From: Cycas panzhihuaensis
Lineage: Eukaryota > Plantae > Cycadophyta
Direction of reading: 5' to 3'
Assembly (NCBI GenBank): GCA_023213395.1
Contig: CM041465.1
Coordinates: forward strand, 206,653,741-206,717,740
DNA: 64,000 bases
The stretch's first letter is position 1. Each line of letters starts with the position of its first letter. Below, one piece after another: positions 39,901 to 52,330 of the stretch. The translations under genes and the position numbers were made by a program. The notes under the pieces were generated by a model. That model worked only from the letters and a program-made list of their open reading frames with translations. It was not told the origin of the DNA and made no database searches.

Positions 39901-42900
39901 ATTTATTCATCTGTCATCCTTACCTCAATGTCATACTATGTTGAGGCCAAGGAGACCCTTCTTAGACTATATGAAGTCTCCCTTTCCATGTGAGGTTTTG
40001 TTGTCACCTATGCCCCTATTCTTTCCTAAATTACCTAAGTTTTATGGTGAATCATCTCAAGAACCCACCTCCCATATAGAGGCATTTACACTTGCTTACA
40101 TAGACTTTATGCTATATGACTATGTTGTGATGCATCTATTTTTGAAATCGATTTAAGGTGATGCTTTGAAGTGGTTTTATCATCTCCCTTCAGCCTCAAT
40201 TCTCTCATTCCAATAACTAGTTGACTATTTTATTAACTATTTTGATGTAGCGAGACCATTTGAGTTAGGCCTTAAATCCTTGTTGGCAATTAAACAAAAC
40301 AATGATGAAAATTCAAGAGATTTTGTTAGGAGATTTCAAGATCAAGTTCATGCTTTTCATTCATATCTTTATCCTAGTTTGCTATTTGATCCATTCACCA
40401 GTGCACTGAGGCCCCATGTACATTTGGAAGTTTTAAAACATGGTCCTCAAATGTATGAAGAAGTAGTTTATTACTGTTTGGTTTTAGAGATATTTGAAAT
40501 ACAAGTAGGTATTCAGAAGGATGGGAAATCTATGCCTTCTAAAGATCCAGTTCATCCTATGAAGGCTACCCATCCTAAGCCCACATATGATCATCTTACT
40601 TCTTCAATTAGATCACTTAAGCGTGCGATCAATACTAAGTTATTTGTTGATGGTATATCTCCTACTCAATCCTCTCAAGAGACCAAACTGATTCACTTGA
40701 CCGAGAGGAGGAAGAAATAAACTCCTCGCCCACTTCCTCTTTCATCTAGAAAGATAAAATGGTGCTCCTATCATTAGGCTGATGCACATGATAGAAGTGA
40801 GTACTGAACCATTCAAAATATAGTCCATAACACAAACACTCAAGTAAATCATTCTTCCAAATCATCGCAAGACCAAATGATCCATAAGGATCCATTGCCT
40901 CAATACAGTGAGAAAATCGATAAAGAAGATAAAGGCAAAGGGAAGAAAATATAAGATGATTAAGACCAACCTTTAAGCTTTGATTCATCAAAGAAGACTA
41001 CCACTCCCATAAACGTTCAAGTAAGAAGAAACACCAATCAAAATGTGGAGATCCCAAAAGAACCATAAATATGGTGGAGACTTCAAAGAGTGTAGGACCA
41101 TCTAAATCATCTAATGATTTGATGGGGAGGAATTGTGACTCTTTACCTCTAGTACCCCCCCGTCCCATCAGGTTTAGGTCCATTCCTTCTAGCTTAAAGG
41201 ATGGGTCTTTCTCTTTGGTAGATGAATTAAAGACTATTCCTGTGGGTATATTGGTTATTAATTTTATCAAGTGTTGTCTTGAGTAATGTCAACTTTTATT
41301 TGATGCATTGGGAGTTCCCATGGTAGCTTCTTCACCTGCTTCTACCCTTTCCTTTAATCTTGCTACCTTGCTTAGTCATTCTGCCCACATACTGAATGAT
41401 ATTCCACCATTCTACATTGAGGTCATTAAGGATGATATTAATATAAAGTGGGTTATCATTAATGAAGGATCATCTATCAATGTAATCCCTATTCATCTTG
41501 TTGAGGATTTAGAGATTTCAATCTTTGATCCATGTGAATGGATTTGCCAAGGGTATGACATGAATCAAAAGGTACCCTTAGGTCAAGTTGCTCTTCCACT
41601 CATGTTGGAAGATAAGACAATGCTTACTGACCTTATTATCATCGATTTAGATCTAGAATATAATATCCTTTTAGGTATACCATGGACCACCCAAATGGTA
41701 GTAATTTGTTCATCCATTTTTGGTGAACTTAGGTTCATCTATGAGGGAGAACTCAAGATCGTTAAATAGAAGCTTAAACTTATTAAACAACCAGTCCCTC
41801 TCATTAAGACTTTTGTAAAACTTGGTAAACCTTCTAACTCTGCAGAGTATTTCTTTCAGTCACTTAGTTTAGGACAATATTTTACTATTGAAGCTCCTTC
41901 AACTCACCTAGAAGTAAAGGATGTGGATTTAGTTGAAGTCATCCCTTTGTCATCATGTTCCTTATCCATTCCAGTTCCTTTTGATTTGACTGATATTTTT
42001 AGGGTTCCTTCTTCTTTTGTTTTAGAGGAGGAAATGGCTTCTTGTTCTATCATACCTTATCAAGGACCATTCTAAAGTGAATTTGTTAATATAAATTCTA
42101 TTTGCACTTATTTTTCATAGGTTTTGTACTTCCTCCTAGGGGCAAACTTAGTGGTTCCTTCTTTAACCACTCACCTAGAAACTACTTCTTTGAGAATTGC
42201 TACATATAACTCATATGTTGTTATTTCCCCTTCTTTCTCTCATTCTCCTTTCTTTAAGACATGGTTGAATAGGCATGAGAAGAAGATGTTATTACATCGA
42301 CACCCAAATCTATATCAGATGATAAAGATACTAGTTTATGTGATACAAATCAAGCTAGATTTGGAACTTCTACTACTATATAGGAAGTTAATTCTATTTC
42401 TACCCTCTCATTACCTTCCCATCCTCATGTGGACCATCCTCTATCTTCACTTCTCTTGATATCTCCATCCTACCTTAATTATGGTATGTATAATCAAGAG
42501 TTTATTTAAGATTTTTCTTTAATTTGGGAGTTTATAAATAAGCCTATCCCCTTCTCTCAAGTTACATTAATTATAGAGTTTGCATCCATTCCAAACTCTA
42601 TAGTTGGTCCTCTTCTATCTTTTATTTCTCAATCTAAGAACCTTTGCCTCATCAACCTCTTGCACCTTGACCATTTTGAGAATGACAAAGTAACTGTTGA
42701 GTATTTAGCAGGCCTGTCTCTTGGTTTTCCTCATAGACATCATAAGTTAGGGTTTTTTAAAGTCATAGTTGATCATTCTCAACCCCAAGAGTATATTTCT
42801 TTAATCAAACCTACTCCTCTTCACTTTGAGGAAGGTAACATAATGCTTATAGAACAAACCATTGACCTAGATTTAGAAATAGAGGATACCCCTAGAATCA

Positions 42901-43047
42901 TCAAGTTGGGAGCTTGTTATACTCCGTAAGAGATCACCTAGTTTAAGGATCTCTTCCATGAATTATACTCAATTTTTACATGGGATTATAAAACCATGCA
43001 AGGCTTTAACTCTTAAATAGTTGAATATAACATTAATGTTATACCTC

Positions 43048-43280
43048 TGCAATGAGAATAAACTACAACTCCAAAACTGATACCTTTACCTAATGAGCTA
43101 AAACTATGGGTAAACCCTATTTTCCTTTTGATTATATCCTCTGTAATGAGGATAAACTATGGCTATGAAACTAGCATCTTTGCCTAATGAGCTTAAACTA
43201 TGGTTAAAGGCTTTATTTTCAAAGATTAGTGGCTCTAAAACTTGTATTTTTGCATAATGAGATAAAACTATGGGCAAATC
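43048..43280 (+). repeat. Array of 5 copies of a ~20-nt motif (aatgagnnwaaactatgg) with variable spacers
   Basis: Copies near 43051, 43092, 43145, 43186 and 43256. Confidence 0.85.
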
Positions 43281-44290
43281 TCCCTTGCTTTCTGATGTCT
43301 TCTTACCTTCATTAAGCATGATGTTATTTTTTTGATAGATCCAACCCATAATCATGTAAGTTATTTTCTCTTTCTAACACTTATATTGGTTATGAGTTTA
43401 CCATTGGTTATGAGTTTACCATCATTTGGATCTTATTCTCATTTGAGTTTTGCACTCAAAAGGGAATCTACACCTCTAACTTTATTGTACTTTCATCTTG
43501 GAAAGAGAAACACCCTTTTGTCAACTTTGAATATCCATTCATTTGTTGAGAGTTTACTTTTATTTGCTAATTTATTACTTTGTTAATTCAGACCTTACGT
43601 TTATTTTCTAGTCAGTTACCTTTGGGATACCCTTTTTGGTTATATATCACCACTTGTTAATTGTTTTTATTATAGTTGATTCTCTTTATTATTCCTTCAG
43701 AATAAATGCTCATTCTGCCACCTTCTATTCACACTTGGAGACATCATGATTTTGATTTCCTTTTTACTTTTCGTGGTTTATTTCTGAAGTAAATTGGTCC
43801 ATTTCCCTTTCGAGAATCTGTTAAAAAGGAGAAATCCTTACTGTGTGGAGTAGAAGAGTTTCTTAAGAAGATAATTATGATCTTATTCTTATGAAAGGTG
43901 GAAGTAAAAAAGAAAGAAAGAAAGAAAGAAATAATAAGAAAAGAAAGTTGAAAGAAAGTAAAAAGTAAAGTTTATTATTTTCATCCTCTTGTAATTCAGG
44001 GCAAGTTATGTGATGGATTCATCCCCACCTATCTATTTATAGGCTGGGTTCATTTGGATGAGTCATTCAAAATTTTTAGATCTAGCTGCTAGGTCCACCG
44101 TGGCCTCAATTATGATCAAACCCTACTTAACACTTTGATCATAATTGTCTTACTTGAGTTCTTTCTTCTTACTTTATCACAATCAAATGCCTATTTTTAC
44201 CACCATCTTCTTACTAATTGATTACTGCACTTTCTCTCATTGATCACTCAATCTCCTAGTTTTGATCCTTTCATTCCCATAGCATTAAGT

Positions 44291-44660
44291 ATCTTCACTG
44301 ACTGGGGTAGTAGAGGAAACCCATGAGCATCTACTTTTGCTTGGGTGGTTTATGACCAATTAGGAAGTCCCCTCCTTTCCATAGGTTTCTTCATACCTAG
44401 GGTAACCAATAATGAAGCTGAGTATTTTGCAATTATAGGAGCTTTATCAAGTGTCTCTCACTTTTACCTCAGACCTATTACTTTGTATGCCAATTCTTAG
44501 GTTGTGGTTTATCAGCTGGTTGGAATGTACCAGGTCCATTCTCTATAACTCCTTCTTTTATATCATCATGCCTCATCATTATTGTCTCTATTTTCTTCAA
44601 TGACTATCTAGTATATACCACTTCTTTTAATCTCAAAGCTAATGCTCTCATTTCCTTAAT
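44291..44660 (+). pseudogene. Archaeal-type RNase H (aRH) domain relic
   Basis: IFTDWGSRGNP*ASTFAWVVYD...RVTNNEAEYFAIIGAL...ITLYANS*VVVYQLVGMYQV...NLKANAL. Matches the DGaSRGNPG / TNNxAEY / DSxLVVxQ / NxxADxL pattern of RNase HI-like aRH. Confidence 0.9.
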
Positions 44661-45304
44661 CCTTAATGATCATGTTGATTGATTTCCTTTTTTGTAACTA
44701 GGGGTACCTTACTCTAGAATAAGTACAAACTACCACTCAAAAATGAGTATAAATTATCAATTTGGCAAGACTATAGGTTTGGATAGTATGATTATGGTGA
44801 TAGGTATAAGAATAAGATTGAAGCGAGATATGTGAAAGGGTTAGACCCACATGGGAATCTTAGGCCATGGAGGATCTTGGCAAGGGGCAAGTTCTTAAAA
44901 GCTTCTTGACCTTGGAAGGAGCCAATAAAGAATCCAATATACTTGGGTAGTTAGTTGTTTATTAAGCGAGATTAGTTTCATTTGCTAAACACTTTACTTC
45001 CTTCATAATATATTATATGAGTATGGGACTATCCTGTGTTTATATAATCTATCAGGAGTATGATGTGAGTTATATGGATTTCCTTTTTAGAGATTTATAT
45101 TACTTCATCTTTTGTTTTTATAAGCTTATTACCATTTGTGTTCTAGATGATTTTAAGTTTATAAAAATAGAATAAGTAAAGCTTTTACCTATCCCATTTT
45201 AATCTTTTGTTTATCTCCTAGTTTTTGTTTCTCCCCTAACCTTATCTTTCCTAAACCATAATATTATGGAATAAGTATAAACTACCATCTATATGGTATT
45301 ACAA

Positions 45305-45375
45305 CCCCCCCCCCCCCCCCCAAAAAAAAAAGAAAAAAAGAAAACCATAAAAGAACAAAAAAAAAAAGTAAAAAA
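45305..45375. repeat. Poly-C followed by an A-rich low-complexity tract
   Basis: A long C run followed by aaaaaaaaaagaaaaaaagaaaa. Confidence 0.9.
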
Positions 45376-45499
45376 GATAAAAATCATTGCATCTTTCTTT
45401 GGATAAGTCATGCTAATGAATGCATCCTATGCTCAAATATAAATGGGAATAGGGGGGAGAAAAGGTTTAGAGATAAGTAATCACTTTGAGCTTTTAGGT

Positions 45500-46065
45500 A
45501 CCTATTGATGATTCTAAATTAGGATAGGATGACACACTCTGAACTTTTATTTCCTTGTTAATGAGTATAAATTATAATAAGGGCAACTGATCTCAAGTTT
45601 TTAGATGCCTATTGATGAATTCAAACTTAAGAAAAACTAAACTCTAAACTTTCATTTACTTATTAACGAGTATAAACTATGGCAAAACCATTCTTTGAAC
45701 CTCCTTTCACCTATTGATGAGATAAAACTATGATATGATTGATGCTACGAGGCCCTCGTACCTATTAATGAGCCTAAACTATGACAAGGATCCCTCTAAA
45801 TTTAATTATTAACGAGGTTAAAAGATGATAATTAGCCTTTGAAAGCCCTCACCTCATTAAAGAAGTTAAACTATGATGGATTCACTATGAAAAGTCACCT
45901 ATTAATTAGCTTAAACTATGGCAGTTTATCTATATACTATGTCAAAAGGATTCTACTTCAAAAAGTCACCTGTTAATGAGCTTAAACTATGACAGTCCAC
46001 CCTTTTTATTCTAGCAAAAAGATTTTCCTTCAATCCTTAGTTACTAAGAGATAAACTATGACTAA
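45500..46065 (+). repeat. Second array (~10 copies) of the same motif (cctattratgagnntaaactatgr), spacing ~45-70 bp, in the Tat 3' UTR
   Basis: Examples: ttaacgagtataaactatgg (45663), ttgatgagataaaactatga (45714), ttaatgagcctaaactatga (45765), ttaatgagcttaaactatga (45973). Confidence 0.85.
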
Positions 46066-46171
46066 GTATATAGTAGAAGTCCCATCTAGTTCATGGGCAA
46101 TAAATAGTATTTATTTGAAGCTAAAAGTCCCATCCAATTTATGGGAATTAGGGAAGATTTTCGATAATAGT

Positions 46172-46360
46172 AGATACCTAATCTTTTTAGGTGAGGAGAC
46201 AAATATATCATCATTTTTGAGATGGATGCCTAGTCTTTTTAGGCAATTAGACAAACACCTAGTCCTTTTGGCTAGTGTGGTTAATACCTAGTCCTTTTGG
46301 GTAATGTAATAGATGCCCAGTCCTTTTGGGCAAAAGATGTGAATGACACCTTCTTTGGTC
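46172..46360 (+). repeat. Short tandem array of a cctagtccttttgg motif upstream of the PPT
   Basis: About six copies: atacctaatctttttagg, atgcctagtctttttagg, acacctagtccttttgg, atacctagtccttttggg, atgcccagtccttttggg, acaccttctttgg. Confidence 0.75.
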
Positions 46361-49300
46361 AAGATTACTTAGGCCTATTAAGTAACTCTGCCAATAGAAA
46401 CTCTTTTGAACCAGATTCCAACAAAGATTTTAATTCACCATGGAAGAATAGTACCCCATCATCCATACATTTCATTAGTTCCTATCACTTTCACTAGAGC
46501 AATGAATACCCACATCATTGCCATCTCTCACCATCCTATATCTCTCTCTAGAATATGAGCCTCAAGTGCTAATGGGTAAAATGTTTCACCAAAACCTGGC
46601 CTCTTAGTTGTATTTAGATCATGTTGGTAAACTAATGCTTATTACATAGTTTTATTGATGGCAGCTAATATATGTTGATTATATTTTGATGCATTGGGCC
46701 TTGTTTTATTAAAATAATACATGATTATTGATTGATGAAATTAATAAATGATGTTATTGGCTCGTATTCCTATCATTTTTACTGATGATGTAAACTAAGA
46801 TGACAAAATTTTCTTTATGACTAGCTTGACTTCATACTTCTTTCAAACTCGATTGTTTTTATCTTGTTTTCAAGATTTCACCTATGTTTTTCTTATTCGT
46901 CACTTTTTGGGCTTGTGCTTAATGTATTTCACTTCATTATGGGCTTGCTTAATCCTTGACAAACTCATTTTTGTGATTAGAAACTCATTAAATATTATTT
47001 TTTATTAATTTTTAGTCAAATTTCCACTTTACTGAAATTACAATTTTCACAGGGTGAAAAATATGATTGATCATATTTTTAGAATAAAATTACATTTTTT
47101 GGGAAGTTGAAAAATGTGACTGATCATGTTTCTAGAGTAAAATCACATTTTTGGTAGGTGAAAATGGGACCGATTACGTTTTTCACTATCATATAATAAA
47201 ATATTAGGCCAACACACCAAAATCTTGCATGTTGCCACCTAGATTTGGTGGAATTTAATTTTCTTGATGCCTAGAAATCTTATAAAGGGATAGCTAATCA
47301 TAATTTTTGATATAGAAAGATATGGAAGTGAAGAAAGTTGAGAATTAGAGATAAAGAGGTGATTATTACTCTTTGATTGAGAGATTTTCTTATCTTCTTA
47401 GAGAATTCTTGAGGAATGTTGTTGTGCTTTTTGGAGACTTGATTTCTTGATGATTATTGGCTAAAATCTCAAAGAAGTTTTTCTATTATGCTACTACTAC
47501 TCAATTGTTGATGGTCTAAGCTTTCATCTCTTTGGATCTTCATCAATTTTTGCTTCAAACTTCTTTGGATTTGGTAAGATCTTTCCTATTGGCTTTCAAG
47601 CTTATTTCGTATTATCTTGAAGGTAATTTTAGCTAAGAATTATTTCTTTTCATTAGTTGATTGTTGTTGGATTATTGTTTAGACTTTTGGAATTGAAATA
47701 TATGTTGAAAGGTCCACCCTTTGTCGGGTTCCTTAAGGATAGACTAGGGTGGAGCATGGTCATCTCTCTACCATATATTTAGCTACTCTTTCCCACTCTC
47801 TCACAACAACCTATATTTTAATAAGATTGTTGCTCTTATTTGGCATTGTTTGGCCTCTTTGGATTGTTATTACTTCCTTCTTTACTCTTGTTTTAAAGGA
47901 AAGTATGTGGGAAAAGTTAGTCAAGTGAAAATAAAATGACCATTCTGAGGCGATCTTTATTATAAGAAAGGAATACTTGTTTTATATCTATTATTATATA
48001 CACTTTTATTTTTAAGTTAGCTCTTTTGTCTTGAAAATCAAAAGTTGATGATGTTGTTTGGTTAGATTTACTAATTTTCAGTTTTTATATGGGGTTCAAG
48101 GATTCCTTTTGGAGCTCTTACTACTCCAACTATGATAGAACCTTTGGTTGAACTTACATGCATGATTATTGTTCAGATTTATGATGTATTCATCATCTCA
48201 CAGGTCTAAAAATCATCATAAAATACCAGTAGTTTCCTTTAATATTCTCTCGTTTTATGCATTATTTCATCATTTTTAAAAAGAATTAGTTGCATGCGTC
48301 AATGTTGGGAGCATACTAGCTAGTCTTACATGTAGAGTAATCTCTTTTGAAAAAGAAATTTGCATAAAGATTGTGTGGTTATTTTCAGATTTTGAATAGT
48401 ATCATCTCTTTTAGAAGCAAAGTGTGCATGTAGGAAAACTACTTTATCCTTGCATGTGCATCTTTTATTTTGAAAAATAAAAGAAAATAAAAAGAACTTG
48501 CAAGCCTAGTTTTTAGTGCATTTATTTATGATTTCATTATAAAAAATAAAAAAATAAAAGATTGATATGAGTTTGACCTTGTGGTTTCTTTGATTGTATT
48601 GTCTCACTCTCTTGATTTGGTATCTTTGCAATAATATCAAAATCTAGAAACCTAAACAAGATAAACTATTGTTTCTATTAGCTTATCCTCACTCACATGG
48701 TAGTAAAACTCAAAAAGTTGAATCGATTACACAAGAGGAGTCCTTAGGAAGGATATTAAAGATATTATAAGTGTGGCTCTAAACTTAGAACTCCTTTGTT
48801 GTGTCATGTAGGTTAGTGGATTCTATCACCCCTATTTCACATCCACATCTTTCATCATACCGTCTCTCACTAAGGTAGACGACACTACTAGGTACAGACT
48901 CCTTCTTAGGAGTTAGGCAAAGATGGTCCTTTAGGTCTCTTTCGAGCTTCATGTTAGATCTTCCCCAAGCCCTAAACCATCTTTCTGGTAGCCTTGCTGA
49001 AGATCCAACCTAAGACACCCCTAGAACACCATAATCTTATTAGGGACAAACCTTGAACCACTAGGGATCTATTCTAAGTACATGCCACAGCCTAAAGTAT
49101 CCCATTGGAAGGCCATCACTAAAATCCTCAAGTATATCTATGCCACATATTAGTTTGGACTTGACTATAACTAAACTAAATCACATATCCTAAAAGGTTA
49201 TAAAGATGTTGATTAGGCATGTTGCTAAGACACATGCCATTTAACATTAGTATATTATTTTGACATGGAATCAACTATAATCTCCTAGAGCTATAAAAAA

Positions 49301-50042
49301 TAACCTAATATTACTCTTTCCTCCACTAAAGATAAATATAAAGTAGCTATCCATGCTATCATAAAGTTGATTTAGCTTAGAAGGATTCTTTCTAAGCTTG
49401 GAATTTAATAGATTTTAGTTACAATTTTCTATTATGAAAGCTAAAGTTTGTTAAATATAATAAAGAATCCTATTTTTTATGATAGAACTAAGCATGTAGA
49501 GGTCCATCATCACTTCATCCATGAGCATGTTCAAAATGGAGAAGTTGACCTTGTCTACTAATTAACTAAGGACTAGGTGATAGATATCTTCACTAAAACA
49601 CTTAGTAAACTAAAGTTTAAAAGGTTTAAGCATGACCTTAACATCAAATCCAATGAAGTTGTCATTAAGAGAGGGTATTAAAACATGTAACAATACCTTC
49701 ATTATGAAATTTATATATAATATCTTTGTATTAAATGTAACTTTAGGGCACCTATTTGTAAATTATGTTGTAATTAATAAATTGGTCAGGTCTGTCCACC
49801 TTGTTAATATATTGACTAATGATATTCTTACATTTATGGATTCATATGCTTATGAATTAAGCTATAATCATATTATTCTGTAATCAAGTATTCATTTATC
49901 TTATATTATTTTAGTTCTACTTTTAATTTATACTTGAATGCACATGTATTTAGATCCTATTAACAAATTTAGCACAAAGAACTTTACCAAACCAAATAGT
50001 TAACATATAATTTGTTGGCTCATCAGGGGATTAAGATCATTC

Positions 50043-50299
50043 TTCAATATAACCTAGATATGAAATTATATTAATGTGTTATAGGACTCTTGCCCACATA
50101 GCCTAGGGTTGAGACTCATGATGATTATGTTTCTTAGATGAGTTGATGTGGGAGGGGGGTGTGGGGGCTCCTTATGGGATGCCCATGCTTTGCTTGGGTT
50201 TACTTGTCAAGTGGGGCTTATAAGAAGTTCTATTGATTATAAAGAGAACATGGATGACCCTAAGGGATGCTAATACTCACTTTGTATTGAAAAAAAGAA
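50043..50299 (+). mobile_element. SINE-like (or 5'-truncated LINE) insertion of ~257 bp with an A-rich tail
   Basis: Flanked by the direct repeat aagatcattc (50033-50042 / 50300-50309) and ends ttgtattgaaaaaaagaa. Absent from the homologous 3' LTR (62781 region). B-box-like gggttgagactc at ~50106. Confidence 0.8.
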
Positions 50300-51879
50300 A
50301 AGATCATTCCTAACATAGTGGTTACAAATAAAAAAAGTAGAGGAAAGGTTTAAACTATCATAAGAGATATTCTTTATCAAATTATAATGCAAGTGGAGGA
50401 AACTCATAAGTGAAGACATTACAATTTAAAAGGAGTTTAATTATGACTTGTGTAGAAAAGGGGAGAGAGAGTTACAAGGGGTTTTTCATGGGATAAAATT
50501 CTTTCTCTTTTATTTTCCTATTCTTATTCTTTTATTTTCCTCTTCACTCTATTTCTTACTTTTCACTCTTTTTCTTCTTTACTAATGTCTATTTGTATAT
50601 GAAATCTAGCTTACTTATATTTTTGATGACAGGTAATCCTATATGCAATGAAACTCATGAAACTAAGAGTACATAGTAAACATATTTTATTTCTAGAGGC
50701 TTTATTTCCTCATAATCATACTTATTTATATCAGTTGATTTTGATCGATAACACTTTTATATTCATGTACTCTATTGTAAATAAAGCTTCTTTGTAATAA
50801 AGTGCAAATTACTTTAAGAAATAAATGTTTCTTAAATTCATTATATATGTTGTTTAATGTTTTCTTGTAAATAAAGGAATAAAGATATACATCTTTCTAA
50901 AGTTTTGTTATCTATCGTTGAAGCTTTTATATTTTCCTCTAATTATAAAGTTAAGAGTTACTAGAATGTAGGTTAGGGCTCTCCAACTATATACTTTATG
51001 CTTTAACTTCAAATTATCATGGAGGCATATAATCTACATTTTTAGCAGTGTATTTTGGGCATTAATAAGAGCATTTGGTGAAAGGTTATCAAGTGCAACC
51101 TAGAGCTATATCCATTATAATTTTATTTGAAGGTATTTACCTATTGGTCTAGTTTAGGTAGATTAATAAATTGACCCCATTTTCTATGATAGACACTCAA
51201 GTGAAAGAAGTAAAGCTTATTTCACTCTATTTCTCTTCAATTTTCATCTTTTTTCCTCCCTCTTTTTATCATTCCATTTCTTCCTCTTTTCTTTATCTTC
51301 CCTTATTATACTCTAAAAAACATCCTTTGTAATTATGTGTAATAGCCATTTTATTCATCAAATTCATATATTATGCATGTCATATATATTATGCATCATA
51401 AGATAAGTCAACTTGGACATATTGCAAAGTTGGACATTTTTTAGTTTCTTTAATATCATTTGTGCTTATTTATTAAACATGCAAACCTAGTCTTAGTATA
51501 ACTATTCCTTATGCGACTACATCAATAGAGGAACAACATAAATTAATGACCACACTAGGGATATATCATGCATAATTATTTTTTTATTTTATTTTTCTTA
51601 AGATCATTATTATACATATGATATTTACAATTTTACTGAATGGTAAACCCAATAAAGAGGCAATACACATAGTCATTGAAAGCATAAATCATTGATGATT
51701 AATTGTTAAATGGTGTTTAAGAAAGGAGATTAAGTAGGCCTACTAGAAATATCAACATGGCCAAGTATAAAGAGAAATCAATTTAGTATAAAGACCAAAA
51801 ATTACAAAATTGTAATTTTTAGTAGATATTGCTACTTGGGAGAATATTATTCCCTAAGTCTACCATGGTTTTTTAAATC

Positions 51880-52330
51880 TTGAAGGTGAATTACATAATA
51901 TTCTTGAGATAACTTTGAAATGCTATCCTAAATTTAGTGGAAATAATTCAATCTTAGTAGAAAGATATAACTTTTTCTCTTACATGCAAGATATTTAGAA
52001 TCCATGAGTCTCATGTTGTTATCAAATTATTTGTTTATTCTTTGACTGAAAGAATGATGGTTCAGTTTTATTATTTACCACATGCACTTATTAAGAAGTA
52101 GAATGATTTGATGAGGGCTTTCAATTTTGAATATGATAGTAGGAGGACCTCTTCACCCATGACCAAAGAGTTATCTTCCATCATGAAAGGAGCAAGAGAG
52201 GCCATTACATAGTATGTTGATATATTTAATTTCATACTTAATCATATGAAGGTAGAATCAAGACTTATCTAACATATCCTAATTGAGTAGTTTCTTAAGG
52301 GACTTAACCTTAGAATCAAATGGTGGATTA
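51880..52330 (+). pseudogene. Retrotransposon gag domain relic (Retrotrans_gag-like)
   Basis: YPKFSGNNS...HESHVVIKLFVYSLTERMMVQFYYLPHALIKK*NDLMRAFNFEY...IE*FLKGLN. Confidence 0.75.

Larger units (their letters stand above)
36226..49063 (+). mobile_element. Tat/Ogre-like Gypsy element, non-autonomous (LTRs 36226-38722 and 46582-49063, ~2.5 kb each)
   Basis: Long colinear LTR pair; TSD ggcat/gggat; inserted in the host Copia RT. Gag PKLPKFYGE..HIEAF..LFLKSI*GDALKWFY (~40025-40190); protease VIINEGSSINVIP..YNILLGIPW (ORF 41308-41769); RT N-terminus only (42890-43045); aRH 44291-44660. Confidence 0.92.
16082..49974 (+). mobile_element. Host Copia element (LTRs 16082-16461 and 49676-49974), split by three clear nested insertions and one possible one
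   Basis: TSD taaag/caaag; PBS tggtgtcagagcc at 16462; PPT aagagaggg before 49676. Gag IIKLSGIDNF..YWAYVNG ~23020; protease SWLLNSG ~23867; integrase ~34120-34960; RT 35330-36225, resuming at 49069 (YVVGI|YSKYMPQPKVSHWK); RNase H RTKHVEVHHHFIHE ~49484. Confidence 0.92.

Noticed and set aside
45500-46065. Repeat-spacer layout resembling a CRISPR array
   Set aside because: Repeats are degenerate, spacer lengths irregular, no cas genes, and the array lies in the 3' UTR of a plant retrotransposon.
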